In this document: positions 56,587 to 64,000 of the stretch, piece by piece
Layout of the letters: each line of letters opens with the position of its first letter
How positions within the stretch are numbered: position 1 is the first letter of the stretch
Assembly: GCA_965247695.1 (NCBI GenBank)
Contig: OZ252037.1
Location: 5,568,123-5,632,122, forward strand
From: Flavisolibacter sp.
Lineage (GTDB): Bacteria > Bacteroidota > Bacteroidia > Chitinophagales > Chitinophagaceae
Length of the DNA: 64,000 nucleotides
Reading direction: 5' to 3'
Notes under the pieces: generated by a model
What the model was told of the DNA's origin: nothing
Databases searched by the model: none
What the model saw: only the letters and a program-made list of their open reading frames with translations
Translations under genes and position numbers: made by a program

Positions 56587-57077
56587 GACCACGGATTATC
56601 GGGATTTAACCACGGATTGTCGGGATTTTTTAAAGGATTATTGAGATTGTATAAGGCTTTGGGTTCGTTCAATAGGTTGATAGGATTTTCCGGCGGCGTG
56701 ATGCTTTTGTTATTGGCAATTCTTTTGAATTGTAAGCTTTTTGCGCCAAAGTTGATGAGCAAAGCAATTTCCTCCCGATGGCTTTCGAGATAGTTTAAGG
56801 CTTGCACAAAGTCCTTATCAGTAAAAGTGGCAAGTGCTTTCAATTCGACTACTATTTTTTCTTCCACCATAAAATCCACTCTTCTTCCGCCCACAATAAA
56901 CTCATCGTAATAAACATTTAAGTTCTTCTCTTTCTCATACCGCAAACTAATCCGCTTAAACTCAATTGCCAGACAACGGCCGTAAATGATTTCAGGATAA
57001 CCCGGCCCCATCTTACTATGAACCTTCATAGCACAGCCAATTATTTTCTCTGTTATGTCGGCATGTTTAAGTTCCAT
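56583..57077 (-). CDS. GxxExxY-family PD-(D/E)XK-like protein
   Basis: ITEKIIGCAMKVHSKMGPGYPEIIY, RVDFMVEEKIVVELKA, QALNYL, LINFG; C-terminus runs into repeat-encoded NP-rich tail. Confidence 0.9.
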   Translation of the reverse strand: MELKHADITEKIIGCAMKVHSKMGPGYPEIIYGRCLAIEFKRISLRYEKEKNLNVYYDEFIVGGRRVDFMVEEKIVVELKALATFTDKDFVQALNYLESHREEIALLINFGAKSLQFKRIANNKSITPPENPINLLNEPKALYNLNNPLKNPDNPWLNPDNPWS

Positions 57078-57178
57078 CTACAAAAATTTTTTGACGCGAA
57101 GAATGTTTATAAACAAAAACAATCCTTTCTATCTAACCATCCCGACAATCCTTTAAAAATCCCGATCATCCGTGGTCA
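56586..57178. mobile_element. 593-bp GxxExxY unit with 22-bp terminal inverted repeats
   Basis: Left TGACCACGGATTATCGGGATTT (56586-56607); right (57157-57178) reverse complement TGACCACGGATGATCGGGATTT; 21/22 identical. Confidence 0.7.
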
Positions 57179-58513
57179 ACGACTTTCAAGATTTAGGTAC
57201 TCCACTTCCGTGGTGAAGGACTGATTAAACGCCACCGCATTATCGTACTTCAGCTTCTCCACGTCAAACTTTAGTTCGGGATATTTCTCCTTCCAGCGTT
57301 CGATGACAACATCAACGTACTCCCTGATTTTTTCTTTATTGTATTCGTTCTTCTCTATAATGTAGAAAGCATCAGTATAACCAAGCGCGGCAAAATAATC
57401 GGCGTAGTTGATCATCATAAACAAGTGAAACAATTCCGTTACCGGCCGGGGCAAACTGTACGAATACTGGCAATAGGAAAAACCGTATTCGCTGATGCGG
57501 GCCGCTACCTCCGGCATCTTGTGTTCGCGGTACCAACCCACGTTTTGATTGGCGTTGTAAATGGCATCGGCCACGGTTTTGTAAGCTTGCGGGGTTACAA
57601 TGGAGAACGTATGTTTGGCGCGAAAGAGATAAGGATAAAATTCCGTGCGGTCTTTTGTAGCCAGCTTTTGAAAGCAGTCCAGCATCTCGCCGTTCTTTTC
57701 GGTAACGGGCCGGTTGTCCTTACGGAAATAAATTTCCACTACCTTCTCCAGCTCCGATTGCAGCTTGCCTTCGGGGGTAATGAGGTAATCTATCCGGTAA
57801 GCCAAGGCCAATAAAAGATAGGCAATGCCGCCCGAATATTTATCGTTGTCAATGGTGCCGACGAGGGCAATGGTTTCCTCAATCCATTTTTTAAAGAACT
57901 GCAGCTTGATGGCTTTTTCTTCATCGGATATTGGCGTGATGTGGTCAACATCCACCGGCAGCAGCGTAGTAAAATCCTGCACCAACAAATCGTCCTGCTT
58001 ATCGGCTTTTGTCGCCAACTCTTTCAAGCCATAATACAGTTTGCTTGGATTGGCGGTTTCAATGTCGCTGTCGAAGAACATGTAAATAATTCCTTCGTGC
58101 AAGGCATAGCGGCTGTAGTATAAATTAAAGTTCATCTCCAGCAAGCGGCGCATCACCGGCACACTTGGCTGCGGCATTTGTGCGATGGATATTTCGGCTT
58201 CCAACCTTTCAGCGTTAAAGTAGCCCCGAATGATTTTTGACCCTTGGTAAAACAGAAACTTTTGCTGCGCCGCTTCGGGCACAAGCTTTACGTTGTCCTC
58301 GTCCTCGTCGCGCAGGTAATCAAAAAAAGCAGTCACGCTTTCGGTATACTTCTTTTCTTTAAACAAGCTTTCGGCCTCGTTCCATTTTTCCACTTTGGAC
58401 ACGGGCTTGTTGTTGTCGGAGTAGCGGCCAAACCGTATGAAAGGAACGCTTGCGGGCACGGCTTCTTCTTCACCTTCTTTCTTCTTCGACCAGCTAAAAA
58501 TTTTTTCCAGCAT
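57176..58513 (-). CDS. Hypothetical protein with YbjN/T3SS-chaperone-like central domain
   Basis: VMRRLLEMNFNLYYSRYAL...LKELATKADKQDDLL resembles the YbjN fold; helical C-terminus; ATG 58513. Confidence 0.65.
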   Translation of the reverse strand: MLEKIFSWSKKKEGEEEAVPASVPFIRFGRYSDNNKPVSKVEKWNEAESLFKEKKYTESVTAFFDYLRDEDEDNVKLVPEAAQQKFLFYQGSKIIRGYFNAERLEAEISIAQMPQPSVPVMRRLLEMNFNLYYSRYALHEGIIYMFFDSDIETANPSKLYYGLKELATKADKQDDLLVQDFTTLLPVDVDHITPISDEEKAIKLQFFKKWIEETIALVGTIDNDKYSGGIAYLLLALAYRIDYLITPEGKLQSELEKVVEIYFRKDNRPVTEKNGEMLDCFQKLATKDRTEFYPYLFRAKHTFSIVTPQAYKTVADAIYNANQNVGWYREHKMPEVAARISEYGFSYCQYSYSLPRPVTELFHLFMMINYADYFAALGYTDAFYIIEKNEYNKEKIREYVDVVIERWKEKYPELKFDVEKLKYDNAVAFNQSFTTEVEYLNLESR

Positions 58514-58766
58514 ACGTGATTTTATTCGCAACAAGCTTTCTCCGAGTTCAGGTGTCAATTTGCAGTTAGCGGTTTGCACCGCTGCTTAAATCAATTTTTA
58601 CAACCCGAAAGCCTCTTCGGTATTTTTTGCCAATTGCCAACTCTTCAAAATACGGGCCGACAAAGCGTTTGCAAAACCGGCAAGTTAAGCGAAATGAGGG
58701 TTGATAAACAGCGTAAAACTTTGCACCAAAAATCCTTAGTTTCGCCTCTATTGAAATCGTACGAAC

Positions 58767-59882
58767 ATGAAGTTTATTGTTTCCTCGTCGGGCCTGCTTA
58801 AACAACTGCAACACATCAACGGCGTCATTAACGCAAACACCGTTTTGCCCATTCTTGAAGACTTTTTATTCGAAATAGAAAAGAATAAATTGAGTGTGGT
58901 GGCTACCGATTTGGAAACCGTGATGCGGATACAATTAGAAATTGAATCCAAGGAGCCCGGCAAGGTTTGCATTCCCGCCAAAATTTTGATGGACTCTTTG
59001 AAGAACATCCCCGACCAGCCGCTGACGTTCAACATTGATAAAAATTTTTCGGTAGAGATTACGTCCGATAACGGCAAGTACAAAGTGATGGGCGAGAACC
59101 CCGATAACTTTCCGAAGGAGCCAGCCGCCGATGATACCACGAACTTTACGATGACCGCAGCCGGCCTGGTTACGGCCATCAATAAAACCTTGTTTGCCGT
59201 AAGCAACGATGACCTGCGCCCCGCCATGACCGGCGTTTTCTTTGAACTCAATAAAGAGTACATTCAGTTTGTAGCCACCGATGCGCACCGCCTCGTTCGC
59301 TACAAACGCACCGACGTAAGCTGCCCCAAGAACGATTCTTTTATTGTTCCCAAAAAACCGTTGACGCTTTTAAAAGCGGCGCTGCCGGCGAACAGCGACG
59401 AAATAACGGTTAGCTACAACAGCAATCATTTGTTTGTAAAGCACGGCACCACGCAAATGAGTTGCCGCCTGATAGATGCCCGGTTCCCGGATTATAAAGT
59501 GGTCATCCCCGCCGACAACCCGTACAAGATGACCGTGGGCAAAAGCGAATTTCAAAGCGCCTTGCGCCGCGTAAGCATCTTCTCCAACAAAAGCACCAAC
59601 CAGGTAGCACTGCAAATCACCGGCAGCGAATTAGGTCTGGCCGCACAGGATGTGGACTTTTCTTTTGAGGGCAACGAACGCATGAAATGCCAGTACGACG
59701 GCGAAGACCTGACCATTGCTTTTAATGCCCGTTTTTTAATTGAAATGCTGAATGCTGCCGACAGCGAGGAAGTGCGCATGGAACTGTCAACGCCTACAAA
59801 AGCCGGTTTGATTAAACCCACCGAAAAAGATGATGACGAAGAGTTGCTGATGCTGGTGATGCCACTGATGTTAAATCAGTGA
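58767..59882 (+). CDS. dnaN: DNA polymerase III beta clamp
   Basis: LPILEDFLFE, ATDLE, ATDAHRL, RLIDARFPDY, IAFNARFL, LMLVMP. Confidence 0.97.
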   Translation: MKFIVSSSGLLKQLQHINGVINANTVLPILEDFLFEIEKNKLSVVATDLETVMRIQLEIESKEPGKVCIPAKILMDSLKNIPDQPLTFNIDKNFSVEITSDNGKYKVMGENPDNFPKEPAADDTTNFTMTAAGLVTAINKTLFAVSNDDLRPAMTGVFFELNKEYIQFVATDAHRLVRYKRTDVSCPKNDSFIVPKKPLTLLKAALPANSDEITVSYNSNHLFVKHGTTQMSCRLIDARFPDYKVVIPADNPYKMTVGKSEFQSALRRVSIFSNKSTNQVALQITGSELGLAAQDVDFSFEGNERMKCQYDGEDLTIAFNARFLIEMLNAADSEEVRMELSTPTKAGLIKPTEKDDDEELLMLVMPLMLNQ

Positions 59883-59884
59883 CA

Positions 59885-59925
59885 TCACCCCGGCCCCTCT
59901 CCATCAGAGATGAGGAGGAGAGCTG
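59885..59925. repeat. Partial CCCTCTCC-type REP end directly after the dnaN stop
   Basis: tcaccccggcccctctccatcagagatgaggaggagag. Confidence 0.6.
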
Positions 59926-60147
59926 CTGACACACGAAGCCCACTTTGCAATGATACTTTTTAAACGCAATCATGTTTTATGGTTGCGTTTTTCTTTTGAG
60001 AACAGGGGCCGGAATATCTATTGAGCATGCGTTGCGACGCTCCATTCATCGTTCTTATCGCTGCGGAGCAACAACTCCACTTTCTTCGTTCTCACAAAAA
60101 AAATTTCAAAACAAAGTCCGTGCTTTGCTTCATAAAATTTCAGGAAC

Positions 60148-60369
60148 ATGACTAAAAGAGAGTTTTACCGTTGGGCTTTAAATCACGGCTGTAGTCAAAA
60201 GCCATTGCCGGATACAAACACAACAGCCTTTTGTGTGATTTTGGAGAACCCAAAAACGGGTGGATATGCTACGCTGAATACGCCGATTGACGACCGGCTA
60301 ATGAACCCAGAAACAGTAATGCGAATGGCGGTTGCTTTAAACATCGAAATTCCTTCCAATCTGAAGTGA
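60148..60369 (+). CDS. HicA-like small protein (divergent)
   Basis: KREFYRWALNHGC...NPKTG.......IDDRL......LNI resembles HicA; no His at the usual G-x-H position. Confidence 0.5.
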   Translation: MTKREFYRWALNHGCSQKPLPDTNTTAFCVILENPKTGGYATLNTPIDDRLMNPETVMRMAVALNIEIPSNLK

Positions 60370-60585
60370 TTAAGCCAGCGCAAACGATTCAACTTCGGCG
60401 TTGGGATAGGTTTCGAACGCCTGCTTTCTCTTGTATTCCAAAACAAGCTGCAGATTTTTTTCCAAGATTCTTCTGGCTTCATCTTTCGTTTCCGCTTCGG
60501 CAATAACGCCGGGGTATTCAGCCACAATAGCCGTGTAGCCTCTGCCGCTTTCGCTTTTAATTAGTATGCCGGTGAAGTGTTCCAT
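60370..60585 (-). CDS. HicB-like antitoxin (short, no DNA-binding domain)
   Basis: GYTAIVAEYPGVIAEAETKDEARRILEKNLQLVLE matches the HicB N-terminal partial RNase H fold. Confidence 0.8.
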   Translation of the reverse strand: MEHFTGILIKSESGRGYTAIVAEYPGVIAEAETKDEARRILEKNLQLVLEYKRKQAFETYPNAEVESFALA

Positions 60586-60683
60586 AGTAAAGGTTTAAAT
60601 GAAGTTTACTCCGCTAAGATAAGATTAGCCCGCAATGAAAGAAACATCCCGTTCATGTGAGGTCTCAAGTAAGCAAGGTGTAA

Positions 60684-60935
60684 GCTAACTTTAATGCACA
60701 AAACGCACTGATTCAACTGCATGCCAACGGTTTTGTACACCGCGATTTGAAATGGTCATCGTGCCAAGGCGGTTTTTATTTCGATAACATCCTCCTCACC
60801 GAAAGCGGCTTGCGGCTAATAGACGTCGGCATCTTTTACTTAAAAACACAAGTCGGTGAAACCATTTTTACCAAAGCCGTGGAAATAGAAACCGCAGAAC
60901 TTATAGAGTTTAAAGAGTTTTTTCTGAACTGTTGA
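60684..60935 (+). pseudogene. 5'-truncated protein-kinase-like fold remnant
   Basis: In frame after TAA 60681: NAQNALIQLHANGFVHRDLK-WSSCQGGFY-FDNILLTESGLRLIDVG; HRD loop and DFG-like DVG present, no start or N-lobe. Confidence 0.7.
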
Positions 60936-61006
60936 AACTGCCTTTCGGGAATGCTGTAAATTAGATTGCCCAGTAACCCAATTCCTAATGAACTAATTCG
61001 CAATTT

Positions 61007-61834
61007 ATGTGGCAAACGATGCTTGACTATTTCAAAACCCTCGACCAGCACCCGGTGCAGCGCATGGCCTTTTTGGTGGGCGGCTTGCTTTTCTTCTGGA
61101 TGCTCGAAGGCGCCATTCCCCTTTTTCAATCAACCTACAAAAAGAACAAAGGCCGTCACGCGGCGGTAAATTTTTCGTTCACCGTTATGCATTTAATTAT
61201 TCACACCGGCCTTGCGGTGGCTGTGGTGCTGTTGGCCGATTGGTGCAGCCGAACCGGTTTTGGTCTGGTGCATTGGCTGAACCTGAATGTAGTCGGTACC
61301 ATCATCCTTTCCTTTTTTGTGTTTGATTTTTTTATCGGCTGGCTGGTGCATTTTGTAGAGCACAAAACCTTCGTGCTGTGGCGCTTTCACATCGTACACC
61401 ACGCCGATAACAACGTGGATGCCACAACGGGTTTGCGCCATCATCCGGTGGAAAGTGTGTTGCGTGGTTTGTTCTTTTTTATGGCGCTTATTGTGTCCGG
61501 TGCGCCCATGTATGCGGTGATGATTTACCAAACGTTCTTGATCCTGTTCACTGCTTTCACTCATGCCAACATCAGTTTGCCCAAGAAGATTGATCACGCC
61601 ATTTCTTACTTGTTCATTTCGCCCAACATGCACAAGGTGCATCACCATTGGCAGCAACCTTACACCGACAGTAACTACGGCGCGGTGTTTTCTATTTGGG
61701 ACAGACTCTTCGGAACGTATCAGGAATTAGAGCCATCAAAAATCCGCTACGGCCTCGACCGATATTATCCCAATGAGCACGACGAAAATTTTTGGCTCTT
61801 GCTGAAGCGGCCGTTCGGAAAGCTAAAGCCGTGA
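61007..61834 (+). CDS. Sterol desaturase / fatty-acid hydroxylase family
   Basis: His boxes VHFVEH, HIVHH, FTHAN, HKVHHH; NYGAVFSIWDRLFGT. Confidence 0.92.
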   Translation: MWQTMLDYFKTLDQHPVQRMAFLVGGLLFFWMLEGAIPLFQSTYKKNKGRHAAVNFSFTVMHLIIHTGLAVAVVLLADWCSRTGFGLVHWLNLNVVGTIILSFFVFDFFIGWLVHFVEHKTFVLWRFHIVHHADNNVDATTGLRHHPVESVLRGLFFFMALIVSGAPMYAVMIYQTFLILFTAFTHANISLPKKIDHAISYLFISPNMHKVHHHWQQPYTDSNYGAVFSIWDRLFGTYQELEPSKIRYGLDRYYPNEHDENFWLLLKRPFGKLKP

Positions 61835-62010
61835 ATGGTGAATGGTAAGTGGTGAATGGGTCGTTTACAACACTGTTTTCCTTTACGTCATTTCTCATTT
61901 TCGATTTTGAGTGAGGCATACATCTCTTCATAAAAAATATTGGAAGTTTTCTTTCAGACAAGTTGTGCTTTCAGACACCCATTCACCACTTACCATTCAC
62001 CACTCACTAC
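61830..62010. repeat. Paired inverted 7-nt-period arrays (GTGAATG / CATTCAC type)
   Basis: gtgaatggtgaatggtaagtggtgaatgg ... ccattcaccacttaccattcaccactcac (ccattcaccacttaccattcacc is an exact reverse complement). Confidence 0.7.
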
Positions 62011-62020
62011 TTTCGCTTGC

Positions 62021-62737
62021 ATGAAAGCCATCGCCCTCATTCCCGCACGATATGCCGCTACCCGTTTCCCCGCAAAATTGATGCAGCCGCTCAAAGGCAA
62101 AACCGTCATTCGGCATACGTACGACAACACCGTTGCCACAGGCTTGTTTGATGAAGTGATTGTAGCCACCGACAGCGATATCATCTTTCAGGAAATTACA
62201 GCAAACGGTGGCAAAGCCGTGATGACGTCAGGCCATCACCAAAGCGGCACCGACCGCATTGCCGAAGCGGCGCAGGCCCTGCAAGCCGATGTGATGGTAA
62301 ACGTGCAGGGCGATGAACCTTTTGTAAAACGAGAGCCTCTGCAAAAGTTGCTCGAACAGTTTAGCCATCCATCAGTGCAAGTTGGTTCGCTGATGCAAGT
62401 GTTGAAAGAAGAAAGGTTGATAGCCGATCCGAACTACGTAAAGGTTTGCGTGGATAAAAAGATGAATGCCTTGTTCTTCAGCCGCAGTGTGATTCCGTAT
62501 TCACGAAACAAGGCCATTCCCATTATTTATTACGAACACATCGGCGTGTATGCTTTTCGCAAACAAGCCTTGATTGACTTTACGTCCTGGCCCGTTTCTC
62601 CTTTGGAAGATGCAGAGAAAGTAGAGTGCCTTCGCTACTTGGAAAACGGCGTTTCCATACGGATGGTGGTAACAGATTACATGGGCGTGGAGATTGATAC
62701 GCCGGAGGATTTGGCGAGGGCGGAGAAACTGATATAG
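62021..62737 (+). CDS. kdsB: 3-deoxy-manno-octulosonate cytidylyltransferase
   Basis: IPARYAATRFPAK, HQSGTDR, NVQGDEP, LFFSRS, EHIGVYAFR, EKVECLR. Confidence 0.95.
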   Translation: MKAIALIPARYAATRFPAKLMQPLKGKTVIRHTYDNTVATGLFDEVIVATDSDIIFQEITANGGKAVMTSGHHQSGTDRIAEAAQALQADVMVNVQGDEPFVKREPLQKLLEQFSHPSVQVGSLMQVLKEERLIADPNYVKVCVDKKMNALFFSRSVIPYSRNKAIPIIYYEHIGVYAFRKQALIDFTSWPVSPLEDAEKVECLRYLENGVSIRMVVTDYMGVEIDTPEDLARAEKLI

Positions 62738-62789
62738 ACATTCCATTTCTTGAAGAAATGGAATGTCTGTTCATGCACTCATTCCTCAT

Positions 62790-62797
62790 TAAGTTTG
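62790..62797 (+). promoter_or_regulatory. -7 promoter box TAAGTTTG of the S46 peptidase gene
   Basis: TAnnTTTG 19 nt before ATG 62817. Confidence 0.5.
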
Positions 62798-62816
62798 CTC
62801 ACACAAAAAATCATCT

Positions 62817-64000
62817 ATGAAGAAAGCAACGATTGCCTTTATTCTCACCCTCACTTTTGCTTTACGAGCTGCGGCCGACGAGGGCATGTGGCTTCCTTTG
62901 TTACTCGGTCAGCAAGTGTATGCCGACATGGTGAAGAAGGGCCTCAAGCTTACCGCTGCACAACTGTACTCCATCAATCAACCATCGGTGAAAGACGCCG
63001 TCATCATCTTTGGCGGCGGCTGCACCGGCGAAATTGTAAGCAACCAAGGCCTCATCTTTACCAACCACCACTGCGGCTACGATGCCATTGCCAAAGCCAG
63101 CACGGTGGAACACAACTATCTGCGCGACGGCTTCTATGCAAAAAGCATGGGTGAAGAGATTCCTTCAACATTATCCGTGCAATTTCTGTTGCGCATTGAT
63201 GATGTGACGGCTATTGTGAATGATTCACTGAAGAACCTCACCGGCGCGGAAAGAGCGCAACGGCAAGCACAAATTCTAACAGCTATCAACGGCCGCATGA
63301 GCGATGCCGACAAAAGCATTGAAACCAGAGTAAGCCCTTTGTTCAAAGGCAATCAGTTTCTGGCTTTTGTTTACCAGCGTTACAGCGACATTCGTTTAGT
63401 AGGCGCACCGCCCGAAGCTTTTGGCAAATTCGGCGGCGATACCGACAACTGGGAATGGCCGCGCCATACCTGCGACTTTTCGGTGTTTCGCGTTTATGGC
63501 ACAAGGGACGGCAAGCCCGCAAAGTATGCGGCCGACAACGTGCCGCTGAAACCGAAGTGGTATTTGCCGGTATCATTAAAAGGCGTGAAGGAAGGCGACT
63601 TTGCGATGATCTTCGGCTATCCCGGAAGCACCAACCGTTACGAATCATCATTGGGCATTCAACTATCAACCGACATCAACAATCCAACGCTGGTAAAGCT
63701 TCGCGACATGCGCCTGAAGTATATGTTTGAGGAGATGAAGAAAGATCCGGCCACAAAGCTGCAACTGGCGAGTGATTATGCCGGCATCGCCAATTACTGG
63801 AAGTTTTACAAAGGCGAAACCGAGGAGCTTTACAAATACGATGTGTTCGGGCAAAAGCGTAAAGAGGAAGATGCTTTTCAAAAATGGGCCGCCACCAAAC
63901 CGGAATACGCGAACATTTTTCGCGATTTAAAAACAACGTATGATGCATGGCGGCCTTACGCGATGCACCGTATGTACATAAACGAAGGCATCGCCGGTTC
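62817..64000 (+). CDS. S46 family dipeptidyl peptidase (3'-truncated by window edge; absent from ORF track)
   Basis: MKKATIAFILTLTFALRAAADEGMWLP...FGGGCTGEIVSNQGLIFTNHHCGY...GGDTDNWEWPRHT..GYPGST, translated by hand. Confidence 0.93.
   Translation, partial: MKKATIAFILTLTFALRAAADEGMWLPLLLGQQVYADMVKKGLKLTAAQLYSINQPSVKDAVIIFGGGCTGEIVSNQGLIFTNHHCGYDAIAKASTVEHNYLRDGFYAKSMGEEIPSTLSVQFLLRIDDVTAIVNDSLKNLTGAERAQRQAQILTAINGRMSDADKSIETRVSPLFKGNQFLAFVYQRYSDIRLVGAPPEAFGKFGGDTDNWEWPRHTCDFSVFRVYGTRDGKPAKYAADNVPLKPKWYLPVSLKGVKEGDFAMIFGYPGSTNRYESSLGIQLSTDINNPTLVKLRDMRLKYMFEEMKKDPATKLQLASDYAGIANYWKFYKGETEELYKYDVFGQKRKEEDAFQKWAATKPEYANIFRDLKTTYDAWRPYAMHRMYINEGIAG

Noticed and set aside
56005-56793. 262-aa plus-strand ORF
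   Set aside because: Antisense shadow of the trypsin and GxxExxY genes with no motifs. The same applies to 52551..53090, 42978..43553, 8043..8609 and 41025..41549
7738-62010. Heptamer arrays or REP clusters as CRISPR arrays
   Set aside because: No constant repeat with unique equal-length spacers, and no cas genes

Overview
Core-chromosome segment of a Bacteroidota genome, probably Chitinophagaceae. The support is the T9SS C-terminal sorting domain, PID-CTERM and IPExxxVDY proteins, TAnnTTTG -7 promoter boxes and mqnC. Housekeeping genes: mqnC, feoB, psd, rpiB, pdxH, thx, hup, rpoN, tadA, sodA, dnaN, kdsB. There are many peptidases (M16 pair, aspartyl-PDZ, two M28, M20, trypsin-like, S46) and a 1.3-kaa T9SS cargo protein. 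Small accessory modules sit between the core genes: ParE, two PIN and one convergent HicA/HicB-like toxin-antitoxin pair, a Uma2 nuclease, a GxxExxY gene, a DUF6915/DUF6878-like pair, and remnants of SIR2-like, kinase, lipoprotein and methyltransferase genes. The most unusual layer is intergenic. A GxxExxY gene is bounded by 22-bp terminal inverted repeats, with solo copies elsewhere. Three composite REP/MITE-like elements have ends carrying a -7-like box, and two of them continue into the same first codons of unrelated genes. A ~20-nt palindrome is nested inside other repeats, and paired 7-nt-period inverted arrays co-vary arm to arm. I recognised no rRNA, tRNA, CRISPR array, integrase or complete transposase. 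Family names come from motif recognition without database searches, and alignments were done by eye.
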